From: Paecilomyces variotii
Taxonomy: Eukaryota
Assembly (NCBI GenBank): GCA_004022145.1
Contig: RCNU01000002.1
Length of the DNA: 64,000 bases
Direction: 5' to 3' (one strand)
The notes beneath the pieces were generated by a model, which worked only from the letters and a program-made list of their open reading frames with translations, ran no database searches and was not told where the DNA came from. This document shows, piece after piece, positions 23,174 through 36,191 of the stretch. The stretch's first letter is position 1, and each line of letters starts with the position of its first letter. The translations under genes were made by a program, and so were the position numbers.

Positions 23174-26100
23174 TCACGCTCCCAACATTATAACATCCTT
23201 CTCATGCTCTGGGATCTCGGTTGCATCACCGTTAACCGCAGCTCCTGGTTCCGCCAGGCCTCCGAGACCAACGCCACCGTCCATCTCGCCCAGGACCCAT
23301 TCCACGAGATAGCTCTCATCGACTAGTTCCTCAACCCGACGGTAGTGTCGGTCCGTGTATGCAGATAGCGCCTGTAGCACGTCTTTCATTGCTGCGGCAC
23401 CTTTACCAGGTTTGAGGTTGGGTATCCGCGGAGGATTGGACGCCAGTTCTACGAAGGTTGAAGCGGGGTAGAAGCGAACGAGGGCAAACAGGATGCGTTG
23501 AGCCACGCGTGAAGTACGCGCGTTTGTGTTCCAGTCACGGACGCGGAGGATAAGTGTGTAAAGGTTGACAGGGTCGAGAGACTGGAGAACTGTGTCAATG
23601 TCCGGATTTCCCGTGAGGCTGCCCTCGGCTCTAGCGTGTTCCTCGGAGGATGGATCGTCTGCAGCGTCAATAGCAGCCGTGAAGAGAGAGAGAAGTCTGC
23701 CAGGATGGTTGAGCTGAAGAGCGAGCGTGATGGCTTCGCGATATGCGCCAGCCCGGATGTAGTTTTGTAGTTGCTGATCCTGTTCAATACGGGCAGAATT
23801 GGCATTAACAGCGGCAGAAAGAGTCGTAGATGTCGTATCCGTCCAAAATGTAACCGTCGCGTCAGCCGCTCCGGAAACGAGCGCAAAGGGCGTTCTCTTG
23901 TGAGATGTAGAAGGTGACTTGACATCAGCCCGTGACCCAGAAGGAGTAGGGCTTGCTAATGCCCACACTCTGTCAGTGTGGTTGTCTAAGGTAGTTTCAA
24001 GTTCTCCAGTGTATGGTGACCAGATCTTGACGAGGCCATCAGCAGCGGCTGAAGCAACCAGGGGACGAGCTTGGGCGGCGGCATTTCGTGCGAGCGCCTG
24101 CTTCTCCTCGTCCCCCTCCTCACTGGCGAGTTCTGAGGGCGGGAGCCAGAGTACTTTGAGGACACTGTTCGTGTGTCCTTCGAAGGTAAGCAGACAGCTA
24201 TAATCTGCAAGGCTCCAGATCTTCACAGTCTTATCACCAGAGCCAGTAAGGACAAGGCCTTTGCTAGTGCTGGTGCCCGACTCCGAACTTATAATCGGTG
24301 TATCTTTCGGGGCGAAGCGGACAGACCACACGCCGCGTTTGTGGCCGCGCAGAATACCTACCACCTGGCCATCCTCCAGAGACCATATCTTCACAGTCCT
24401 ATCTTGTGAAGCAGAGGCAAACATGGTAGATGTAGAATTAACGTCTAGCGCGTTGATGTCTTTTTCGTGCGCTTTTCTCGTGTAGACAGCCTTAGGCGAG
24501 TATGGTTCTGAGTTGTTTGGCTTCAACTTGGCGGTATCCCATCGTTTGATGGTACGATCCTGGGAGCCTGTCAAAAGGAATGCTGGAGGATGACTCAAGG
24601 GGTCATTGTATGCCGCCGAACTGGAAGGCGGTGCTCCTCGTGGAAGGCTGACTGCACCCAGGGTCTCAGCATGGCCTGTAAAGTGGGCAAAGCAAGTGTA
24701 CGAGGAGCTCTCAGGGTCCAGACGCCACAGTCGTGCAGTGTTGTCTTTCGCGCCTGTAACCAGCCAGTGTCCAGACCAGTCAACGTCAACGCAGATAATA
24801 ATATCGTCGTGACCCTCAAGAAGAGTGACATCAGCGCCGAAGTAATCGCCGGCCACCTCAATCCCTTTCTTCTCTGATGTTCCCATTGAGATGACTCTGA
24901 TACTCTCAGTGTTTGTGGCGAGAGCAAGCATTGATCGATCCGGTCCAACACATGCGAGATCAATGATTTCGTCGTCGTTCCCAGAGATACGACGGACTAT
25001 TGGCAAAGGCTCCAGTTTAGACCCAGGCTTGTAATTTGACAGGGATGCAATAGAATGGAGTCTCAACGTCTGATCGGCATGGACGGTCATAATGAAGGGC
25101 AGGCCCGGAGAATATTGTATCGTGACGATGGTTTCGACATCGGAGGCCGGCTCCTGTTCTTCAGTAACCTCACTCCCACGGTTGCAGTCCCAAACACGGA
25201 GTCTGCCATTTTCTCCCGCAGCAAAGCACAGCTCGCTGTCACTCACGAAGCCAGCAGCTTCGACGCTCTCCAAAACAGGAATGATTCTTCGAGTTTTCCA
25301 AGTGCGCGAATCCCAAATGATGACAGTCTTGTCTCTGCTTGCGGAGAGAAGAGCATTCTCCTTTGGTGAGTAGGACAGGCTGCGCACAACTGAAACATGT
25401 GAATCAAGAGAAGCGATCGACTTTCTCTTGTGCAAATCCCACACTCGAACTTTGCCGTCCTCACTTCCAGATGCTAGACGGAACCCGGCCGTCGAGCCTG
25501 TAGCAGAAGAGTCTGCGTCTTCCATCTCTTCGTCACCATTCTTACGGCTTCGGCCTTTGGATTTCTTTTTGATCATGGTCCCCTCCTCTCCATCCTGGGA
25601 AGAGACCTGGAAGAAGCATAGTGCTGAGATCACTCCACCATGGCCGTGGAAAGTGTGTGTCACATATCCACCCCTGATATCCCACACTTTTATGGACCCA
25701 TCAGCACCACCAGTAGCAAGTAAAGTACCAGTCTCGTCGATTGCAGTCGTCACCACAGGGGAAGTGTGAGGCTTCAGTGTCCTAAGAAGTTCAGACTGAA
25801 TGCTCCGGGTTGACTCGTCGAACGGCGACAGGGAAAATATGCGCATAGCCTGTGATCTGGAACAAAGAATCAAATGTGAAGCCGAAGGAGTAACTGCAAA
25901 AGGGTTAGCTTGAGATACTGAAAGATGACGAGCAAGAGAAACGTACTCGCTAGACTGGTGATCAGTTCTCCATCCTACATTGTGTCCGTTAGAAAAGATC
26001 GAAATTGCCACATTGGGGCAGGGTCCATACTCCTTCAAGAGTTGCAAGTCTGTCACCAGTGTCTAAATCGACTATGAGCGCCTCTTCTCCGACGCATGAT

Positions 26101-26204
26101 GCCAGCAGACGACCACTGGCATCCAGCGCAGTGCTACCGCCGGTATATATGGGGCCGATAGTGCGCGAGGCCTCGAAAGTGGTCTTCACGTTGATCTTTG
26201 ACAT
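23174..26204 (-). CDS. UTP13: U3 snoRNP/SSU processome WD40 protein Utp13, 3 exons
   Basis: MSKINVKTTFEASRTIGPIYTGG start, 28-nt exon (DGELITSLA), many WD repeats (AHEKDINALDV, GHKRGVWSVRF), Utp13 C-domain (EQDQQLQN...RDWNTNAR...AYTDRHYRR). Confidence 0.95.
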
Positions 26205-26592
26205 GATGGCGGCGGATATATATTCTTAGACTGCAACGAAAAAAAATTATCTCCGCTCTTGCCCCATGATATTCCCTGCGCGAGAGAGGAGCTTCGCAAT
26301 GTCGGCGTCGCAAAATGTCTTGCTGCTCCGCGGGCGGTAACTTTTTATCTTTTTTCGACTGTTTGACATGTTTGCGCAGTTGAGATTAAGCTGTGGTCCG
26401 TGCGTGTAGGCGCCAGAACCGCCGGCGGTTAATCTCGCCTCGTGCCATTTCACAACTCTCTCAGTCTGTCAACTGTTTCGGCACCAGAGGATCACCGGCG
26501 TTATCTGGCTGCTTTCTGCGATTTTTTAAATACACACCATCTTCTGCGCCGGCTATATGCGTACCTGATGATTGGCACCGTCACCAGCCACG

Positions 26593-29573
26593 ATGGGGCG
26601 GCAAGCTTATATGAATCGGCTCGCCCTGGTAAGTAGGTACCTACGTGGAACTGTTTGGAGCACGCTCTCTGTCACTTTGTCACGTTAGTCGCCGACTCCT
26701 GTCTTGCACTACTTGTAATTTAATTTACAGCATGTATACTATGCGCTTCGGTCTCTGCTTCCAAATTATATTCATTTTGCATACAAAAATAATGGTCCCC
26801 GTTCGATATAGCACCATGTTTTCTCTTGACACTATCATTGCCATGTCCACATTGTACTCACTGAATCGCTTCATCTGCATCGTGAATTGCATTTCTATCT
26901 TTGTCCTTATGGACCTCAGTGTACAATATGCCTTTCTAGGTGCTGACAATAATTCAAGGGTCGATCGCCGTACGAGGCTCCAGACAGTTCTGAGGTGGGT
27001 CCTTCAGCTGCTGCACAAGCAAGATCGTCCTTGATCAGCGCGGATGGATACGTCCAGCAGTATGATGAAAGGGGCCACCCTATAAATCCTGCATCTAGGA
27101 CATTTGGTAGAGAGTTAAGGAGAGCCAAAAACGATATCCTTTCTACTATGGGTATCGTGGTCAGCGGCGAAGATGGAAGTCTAGGCACTTCTAAAGAAAA
27201 ACAGAAAGTCAATCTTATCGCGACAGAAAACGACTATGGACTGGTAATGGCAACGCTAGACCAGGTGTTCATGTTTCTTGGTTCATGGTGGACCACGTCT
27301 CTTGGAGGACGGATACAGGTAAAATGTCAAAGGTCTCTAAATTTGTGCGTTCACGACTGAGTATCTCCCTATAGACCTTCAAGAGTTATACCCATGTTCC
27401 GTTGATGAGGATCATACGCTTTGAGCGTAGAGCGGTCGGCCTATTCGGGGTTTACTTCGCAGGTATTCCGGCATGGACGACTTCGTTCTTCTTATCAATC
27501 TGTCGGAATCATCTACTAGAGCCGTTGACGGCCTTCCTACGGAACCAGGCAATGTCACTCTCCGACAATGCTCTGTATAACAGGATAGTGCAGCATATTT
27601 TCTCGACGTTCGATAATGCGTAAGATGCCAGCTCTCCAGCGCCAAGACGGAAAGCAGACTGACAACTTTTTAGAGCCCGGGGGACCCTTCTGATTCTGTT
27701 CGGACAAACATACATGTTTTCACTCCTACAATCTCTCCACTTGGTCCACCATTATACGTTCCCTGGAATCAAGTTCTTCATACCCTTCAGCGATTCATCT
27801 CTGATACAGTTCCCATCTCTTCCCTCTGAATACACATTTCAAGGGATCAGCCAATTTGGACTTAGCATGTTCACATCTCCTTTCTTTTTGATCTATGTTT
27901 ATGTATACCTACGACCAATTATGGAAGCGAGGATTTACCGCCTGATTCGACGAAGGCTACCAAAACCGGACCGACCAGACGAACTTTCCATCAGGGTAGC
28001 TATTGAGAACGACCTAGTTGAGTGGACCGTGCCGACGCTCGGAAGGAGATCAGACGAAGAAGCCCGGCGCAGTAATTTCACGCTTTTAGAGGAGATTCGA
28101 TATGAACTTCTGACTGCGAGAAATTGGATGCTCTCGTGGTTTGGTTGGCGACAGAAGAAGCCGTTGGACGGCGAGGTCATCGTGCCTTCAAGGGAGGAGA
28201 CGATCGAATCTCTCCGTTATCGCATCGGACAACTACAAAATGAGCTTGGAACCACGCCTGTCAGAGGACATCCCGCGCCTCCGAGACAGACAGATCCGAT
28301 GCAGGCGCGTGGCGAGCAACTTCTCAACAGTCGTGTTGAAGGCGTCCGTTCCGGGTCTCCAGACCCCGCTCTCTCATCACGAACCCCGCAACCAGAATCA
28401 TTATTCGATATGGAGCAAGTCTTGTCAAACGAAGACCAGCGGCTGTCCCAGTCGCCTCTTGAGATGGCGAACGATTATTTTGATACCATGCCCCCATTAG
28501 GACGGACAGGGGTTGATGGTATTTCCCGGGAAATGCCTTCAACCGTTGAATCAACCCAACAGTCATCCAGCCGAACGACATATAATACTGATGGAGCGGT
28601 GGCAAATCGACGGGATTCACGATCAAACACACTCTTTTCCCGGCCTTCTTCTCCCGAATCATCACCACTCACCTCTCCGCGTGTACGAGCGTCTTTGGTT
28701 CATCAGAACTCCGACGTCATAACAATGCAGCTTGAGCTCCTCACTAACCGTAATCCGGGTCAGCAGGATCAGGCCATGAGCAATAACGTGGACAGAACTG
28801 CACACGAGAGCTTACCCAACGATCCTCAGGCAGCCAATAGAAGGGCAAGCGAACTGCTGGACGCATTGCTTTCCAACCAGGGTCAGACCCTTGCCAGTAC
28901 CCTCCAGGCGGAAAGTACTGGGGACAATGATGGCCTTTCCGGCTTGACAGTTGGGGCCTCACCTGCCGCTATAGACAACGTCGTGCCCGAACTCGAAGGA
29001 CATGCGCAACAGTCTATGATAACGAATGCGGTTAATGATACCGACAACATTCAGGAGCAACCAATCGTGAACGTGATTCCTGGTGGACTAAATCAGCCAA
29101 TTCCAATTCATACAGATAACCAAGATTCGGATTCAGAGTCTGATTATATGAATACGGACGCACGACCCTTAACATCTCGCTCGCAGACCCGTCGGCGCTC
29201 GACAAATGTCCAGTCACTCCCGACTCACCGTGTTACCATCCTCTCATCGCATCCAGTCGACTCACTCTCTTCCCATTTGGCGTCCCTGATCACAAATATC
29301 TTGTTTATACCCTTCGAGTCATTATACCTGCGGGCTCTAGCAATCTCTTACCTCTCTTCACCAGCCAGCGGACCCGCTGCTGTATTGAGGCCTGATATTC
29401 GAGATCTAACCGCCTTTGCGGGCGGCGGCTCGACGCGAGACATGCTCACCTATGCGGGTAAACTGGTACTTGTCTTTGGGATGCAAGCTGCGGTAAGTAT
29501 CGGGGTCTGGGGAATCGGCACCGCAACGGCAATCGGTATGGGAAGGAAACGGTTCGGGTGGGGTAATTTGTAA
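26593..29573 (+). CDS. Conserved filamentous-fungal hypothetical membrane protein, 4 exons
   Basis: Exon 1 MGRQAYMNRLAL (GTAAGT at 26629) splices in frame to GRSPYEAPD at 26959; further introns ~27319-27375 and ~27620-27674; hydrophobic segments flank a long Ser/Pro-rich disordered region; ends GRKRFGWGNL*. Confidence 0.8.
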
Positions 29574-30364
29574 ATGGATTCATGTGCAAACATGGGAAGA
29601 CTCATAAAAAGGGAGGTTTACATTTCTTTCATTCGATGGCAATTGGCAATTCATGTATTATTAGTGATCCCTCGGGACTTTTATCTCTGCTAGGATAAAC
29701 CCAGCCTCATGGTACAGTAACTCTTACATACATTCTATGGTCGCCTATGACCGGTTCTCCGATGAAAGCTTGACGATCATCTTTTATAAACCATTTCCGA
29801 GGAAGACTAAAACTAGAAACTCTTGCTCCCGATCAAGGAGATACTGCTCTTCTATACTGTCACTGAACGAAGTACACTGACTAAGGAGGGTCTACCCGCT
29901 GCTTTCGCTTCTTTAGACATGCCTCCTCGCCCAAGGAGGAGCCATTATGTTGCTGAAAGAAAAAGAGTTCGTTTGTCCTACGGATTGAACAAGAGGGAGA
30001 ATCGTCTCTTTGATACTACAGCAGCTGCCAATGAATACCTCCAACACTAACTGTAGAGGGTAAATTACCACATATGCCTGCCAAAAGTCGACCCTGCAGT
30101 GTAACCACTTGTAAAACTGAGTTGGAAGAAAGATGGCGTTATCTTACCACTTGATTACTACCGGCAATACAACCCCATATACCATCGATTTGCCAATCGT
30201 TATACAAGAATAAGATACTGTTGTGACCGTCTGGATGCAAATTGAATATAATATTATGTTACATGGACATACATATGCAGAGCCACAATGAGCAGAGACA
30301 GCATAGTTTCCTCCAACGCCGGTACACTGTTTTCGACTCGATAAATTAAGAATAAACCCGATTC

Positions 30365-32246
30365 TCATTTAGTGGCCGCCTTTCCCTTTTTCTTCATTCC
30401 TGGGATTTTTCTCCTTTCCCAAACCATCAAGTATCCTTCTTTTGTGAACAGTGTCTCGCTCTCTGCGCGGTTCACATACAGATCCTGGATCTCAAGCCAT
30501 TCAGGACCACGGTGCGGTGGTTCGCCATTTCGCTCCCGTTCTTCTCGTCTTGCATTCACTGCTGCCATAGCCTTGTCATGAAGCTGAACGAGCCACGATA
30601 CATTCTCACTAGCGGCACCTGCACCCGTAGCTGCACCGACACTAGCTGATCCTTTGTCATCTTCACCAGCGCCTTGTGTAGGAGTCGTAGCATCCAAGAT
30701 GATATTTGCGACAAGGTCATATAGGATGGGTTCTCCGGGAGGCCAAATGTTCGGGTTTGGCTCGACGTAAGGTGACATGTCCAGAGACCTGGGAGAAGGG
30801 AAGGTCACAATGGTAGGATTGCGTTCCGAGACGAATTTGTTCTTGCTGAAACGCTTAATGTGGAAAAGGAGGTAAGGTGGTAGAGGATGAAGAAGGCGAT
30901 GTCGGACACGGTGAGCACGTTTTTCAGACGCAGTGATGCCATTGTATTTGTTGAGGAGAGTTGTTAGAGGCACTTGGGGGATGATGGACTCTCGATTGGC
31001 CGACTGGAAGAGAGGAGTAGGTGGCAAATCGAGAGTTAATATGAGGAATGGTGTGATTTGAGTATTCGTGGTGCTGGATTCAGAGAACACAAGTCGTGCA
31101 TTCGTGGTGTCAGAATGCGCCGTGATTTCCTGACTCTCAATCCGCAGATGTCCTTGGAACGCTTGCTGAATGACACTAGTCGGAGTGGATGACGGCTTTT
31201 TGGAACCTCCCAGGCTGAGGTGGAGGTGATTTAAGAACCAGGAGAGGAACTCAACCGGATCGGACTGGTGGGTGAGCGTGAAACGCTTGGATGACCGGAG
31301 GGCGATCTCCTGGAGCAGCTCATGAGGAGAGACGTGGGATTTAAACGCCTTCGGATTCCATAGCTTTCTGACCAATGTACTAAAGCGAAGAGAAAGCTGA
31401 GGTGTCCCCGGGACAGGGAACTCATGGAGTAGGAAGAAGTTGCGGATCGGTGTAACATGGGCGAGGACCTGAACGACGACATTCAGGTAGTCGTTTGCTT
31501 TTATATTATTCATTCCGACAAAGCCTAGATATTCTTGTCAGCATTTCCTTACAAGTCGATCGAAGAGGATACCTACCTGGTCTATATCGCTTGCCTTGAA
31601 GATCCCAAGCATCGCGCACTTCCTTGTCTAACTTCATAACCTCATCTTTGCTATAATGAGGATCAACGACGTATTTTATGTCATCCAAGCTTTTATTCTT
31701 GACCTCGTATCCCTCCGGAAGGACATAAACTCTCTTCGTTTCCATATTGATGAAGACATGGTGACCAACTTCGAGCGCGTGGAAATATGCGTGTGATTTC
31801 GGCCCTCTTCCTTGGAAGTATTTCCCGCAAACAAGACATGCGTAGACGTTTATATTCGAAAGCGTAACGGAGCATAGTTTCTCGAAATCGAAATCAAGTA
31901 CGGCGCGACTGACCGTATCGAGGTAGAGGTCACTGTAGCCTTCCAGCGGCTCCGACTGGCGCTTCGGGGCGGAAACGAGAGGGGCGTCTTCATCAATATC
32001 AGGTAAATCAGGATTATCTTGCGCGCCTTCTTCTAGTTCTTCGCGCTCCTGGTCAGCTGCCGCCAGAATATTCTCGCCATGGCGTTCATGCTGTTCCCAT
32101 TCCTGACCGGGAGCTCGCTGCGCAGGCACGCCGCCGTTGCGGAGGTCGCTGTCGTTGATTTCTTCTTCAACACGGGCTTTCTTGGATGCAGGAGAGACTA
32201 CCTCAAGCTCCCCGTCCAAGGGACTTTCCGCAGGCCTCTTCGACAT
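30365..32246 (-). CDS. SAD1: U4/U6.U5 tri-snRNP protein Sad1/USP39 (zf-UBP + inactive USP domain), 2 exons
   Basis: LDFDFEKLCSVTLSNINVYACLVCGKYFQGRG; PG|FVGMNNIKANDYLN (Asp at the catalytic-Cys position, as in Sad1); intron ~31525-31577. Confidence 0.96.
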
Positions 32247-32565
32247 CCTGAGCGCGGAAGAATACGTTAAGTATGAGCTGCGCGACACTGGAAGCCAACT
32301 GACGGCTTGAGCTCCAAGATGGAAGTTTTGGTAGAACACCGATGCAAACATGCCAAACTTGGAATCGCAACGGTCTTCCGCATCGAGCGTCACAACTTAC
32401 GCAAGACGCACTCCTCTATACCCTAGGTTATGGAAGTTGTATTTTACATTCATCAGAATATATGGATTAGGAGTCTAGACCGTCATCATATTGCCCTTGT
32501 TTTTCTCAAGATAATTCGTTAAAAATGGTATGATACAACGCCGCCCCCAGGCAAGGCCAAGGCTT

Positions 32566-33447
32566 TTAAGCGCTTGCAACCTGCTTGCTATTATCATAAT
32601 CTATTTCCTTGATTCCATCCTTCGTAACAACCTTGACAAGAACCTAGTCTCTACCGTTAGCATTATGTTGCGAGCAGATACGAGAACGATTGGGTTTCAG
32701 CGGCCAACGTACCCCCTTGAAATCGATGGGTAATCTTCGCTTCAACTCATCAGTGCATAGCTCAAGGAGCTTCATTCCTTGTTCGAAGTTGATGTCGGGA
32801 TGATGGTGCTTATCCAGGAGCGACAAGCAGTAATACCTAGGCCAGTCAGTATCACTCGAGGTAACGTGGTTGCTGTCAACCAGCAGCCAGTCTTATGTTA
32901 TAAGAGTAGATAGGATAGCACGTACTGAGCATAGCCATGGGCGGCATACGGAACGGCGGCCAGTGATGCCAAGTAGTCTACCCAGTATAGACTCGGCTTC
33001 TGTGTGATGGGATCGACTCCTCCAAGTAGTAGGTTGACAGTGTAGGGGTTGCGCGACCGCAAGCTCCGGGCCAGTTCTCCTCGAACGAAGCTGCCAACTT
33101 CTGCTGGACTCAACTCTGTATTATTCCTCATAGTGTACAGCTGCACATTTGCTTGGATATACTCGGCAAATTGGACTGCAGGGAACCGTCAACAGCTGGG
33201 CCTTCTAGGGCATCTGTAGGTAGATCGCAACTAACCAGTGTCTCCAGCTTCTCCCGAAAATGCCATGAGTGTGTGCTTGTTCAATTCTCGTGTCTTATCA
33301 TCTGTGGCCTTCAGAATGGTAGGTCCCCTCATCGCAGCCTTGGAGGCTGCGACAATGACGAAGTCCTTTCCGGTGATACCTAGCAGAACCTCCCTGGGAG
33401 CAAGTTAGTGACATAGATGTTAACATACGAGACACAGAATCTCACAT
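32566..33447 (-). CDS. PRE1: 20S proteasome subunit beta-4; start codon split by intron 1
   Basis: [90 protein letters not shown]; several short GT-AG introns. Confidence 0.96.
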
Positions 33448-33810
33448 ATTTGCAATAGTAGTCGAATTAAAACTGGTTGGTTGAGGTTCTGAGGAGGTGG
33501 CAGCGAGAAGGTCGTCTTGTCTGGGGTCGGAGCCACGCGTGAGCTTGCGGCCTTGAGCTGCGCTGGAGCTCTGCTGCTTAGTCACCCATTTAGGCGTTGT
33601 TGTTTCCCCGGGCGCCGATGCCCGACGCCAAGATTTCGCGGCACGGACCACCAGCACCAAAAAAAAGTGAGAGCAGACAAAGTAAAAGACGATCAGACAA
33701 GCCTCTACAGCCAGCGCGGCGGAAGACATATTCAGTCACCCTTTGCCCTCAGGTTTCGATCGCAGCGGCCGGGATACTGAACGTCACCGTCGGTCAGCAT
33801 CACCACTGGC

Positions 33811-35765
33811 ATGTCCTCCTTTTTCACGCTGCCCGCTTCCCAGCGCAAGCGGAAGAGAGACGATCGTGCCACTGCTCCGGCGTCTAAGAAACGTGGAGTT
33901 TCTGGAAATGGAAACGCTGGGGAGAAGAAGGCAAAGGAAAGACGGGAACGAGACGAGTCCATATCGGAAAGCGAATTAGACGACGATGAAGAACTGTCAA
34001 GTTCTGCAGAATCTGCAGCATCTGCAGCATCCGAAGAGAGCGAACCCGAGTCCGACGAGGGCGAGACCGCGGCGGACAAAAGGCTAAAGCTCGCAGAAAG
34101 GTACTTGGAGAATATACGAGAAGAGGTGGATGAGGTGGGATTCGATGCGGCGGAGATTGATCGAGATCTAATCGCGGAGAGACTAAAAGAGGATGTGGTA
34201 GGTTTGCCTTGTCACAGCGAACAGAGAGAATACAACTCACAATATTTTAGGATGAGTTCAAAGGACGTGTGTTCCGGCAAATTGCAGCACAATTGTCTTT
34301 TTCTACCGCATCGCACTCTTTCTTCCGCGCAGACACTCAGACCACTACTTCTATCGCTGTCCACCCGCCTTACGTTTATACGGTGTCAAAAGACAAGACG
34401 TTGATAAAATGGGAACTCGCAACTCCTACTCCGGCGGGCTCTTCTGAATCAGATAACGCAAACGGTGCCGGCGGAAGGCGCCCGCGGCCGCAGCGCAAGA
34501 AGCCAAAGAATATCAAATATACCCGTGGTCTTCAGAAGGTGGCTGAAAGCGAGGAGCAGCAAGGTCACACCGGAAACATACTGGCGGTGGCCGTATCGCC
34601 ATCGGGAAAATATGTGGCCACCGGAGGAGCAGATAAAAAACTTATCATCTGGGATGCCGCAACACTTACACCACAGAAGACTTTCACCCATCACCGGGAT
34701 GCAGTCAGTGGTCTTGCCTTTGCCAGACACATCTCGTCTATGAGCTCTGGGGAGCAACTCTTTTCCGGGTCATTTGACCGGACAATCAAGACATGGTCAC
34801 TCAGCGCCAGTGGACATGCCTACGTGGAAACACTTTTCGGTCATCAAGACCACGTTACAAACCTGGCAGCCATGACAATTGATCAATGTGTCAGTGTTGG
34901 AGCGCGAGACCGAACTGCGAGATTGTGGAAGGTGATTGATGAGACGCAACTTGTGTTCCGCGGCGGTTCTGCCAAGGCTCAATATCAGGAGAACAACATT
35001 GACTGTGTCGCCGTTATACCCCCTAATCATTTCGTCACAGGCTCTGATTCTGGCAGTATCTGCCTATGGTCAATCCATAAGAAGAAGCCTATCTACACGA
35101 TACCTCTTGCTCACGGTCTCGATCCTCTTCCGCCTTTGGACGAGCTGTCGCCTGAAGTGGACAAGGAGACAGCCGCTCAAAATTCTCGATTCCTTCGGCC
35201 TACGCCCCGTTGGATCACAGCCCTGACGACCTTACCGGGGACAGATATCGTCCTTAGCGGCAGCTGGGATGGCTGGATTCGTGCATGGAAAATTTCAGAG
35301 GATAAGAAGATGATTTATCCGCTCGGGGCCGTTGGCGGTGGCGCTATTACGCCCTCACCCTCATCACAACTACAGGAGACCCTCAGGTTTGATTCTGACA
35401 TGATGGAAGTCGATCAAAACAATAAGCACAGAGAGTCATCAGAGGAGGCAGAATCTGAACCTCTTTTGAAGGGTGTCGTCAACGATATCGCTGTCTTCGA
35501 ACGCCGTCCTGAGCACACCAAGCCCGGTCAGAAACCGAAGAAATCCAAGTCCAAAACAGGCGATAAGTCCGCACCTGAACCCCGCGGCCTCTGTATTGTT
35601 GCAGCTCTCGGCAAGGAGCCACGTTTTGGTCGATGGAAATGCTTCAAGAACAACAACCATTATGGGCCCGCTTCAGAAGGCCGCAATGGCGCTGTGGTCT
35701 TCGAGGTCCCGTTCGCTGAAGGCGCTCCTGTTGAATCTGCGGAAGATGCGCCCACCACTGCCTAA
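33811..35765 (+). CDS. RRP9: U3 snoRNP WD40 protein Rrp9, 2 exons
   Basis: ETAADKRLKLAERYL, IDRDLIAERLKEDV, AYVETLFGHQD, SVGARDRTARLWK, GKEPRFGRW; intron ~34198-34250. Confidence 0.95.
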
Positions 35766-36168
35766 CAGTGTCGACCTAGATGCTGTTCTCACCCGTCTCA
35801 ACACCTTGCTTCACGGGATCGGTGGAAAGATCAACGCATCCTTTCCGCGGAGCTGTATGTTCTCTTATGATCTATAGAGGCGCCGTACTTTCTGATGGAC
35901 CGATCCTTGATCAAGGTCCGTGTTCTCAATTGAATTGCATACGCCTTTTTTTTTTTTTCTCTTCAACTGGCTGGCGTTTTACTACGTGTGTGGGTGCACA
36001 TAGGTTGCATGTGTATTGTATGTCTGTGTACATATCTAGCCGATTCTTGGCCGGCATTGGTGAAAAGGAGACAAAAAGTTAAAATGAAGATTACAAAATA
36101 ATTAAAATATCAAACTTGCAAAGCTTTATAACTCTAATACCTGTGTCTAAGCTCCGTGGTTGTGGGCC

Positions 36169-36191
36169 GGGGGGGTGGGGGGGGGGGGGGG
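36169..36191 (+). repeat. Poly-G tract (G7-T-G15)
   Basis: Directly visible homopolymer downstream of RRP9. Confidence 0.9.

Noticed and set aside
26629-26958. Possible stwintron (GTAAGTAGGT double donor)
   Set aside because: Removing an internal GTAGGT...CTAG intron would leave only ~23 nt, too short for an external intron.
29919-30050. 43-aa ORF MPPRPRRSHYVAERKRVRLSYG between convergent genes
   Set aside because: Short, lies in a 3'-UTR zone and has no recognisable domain; cannot be told from chance.
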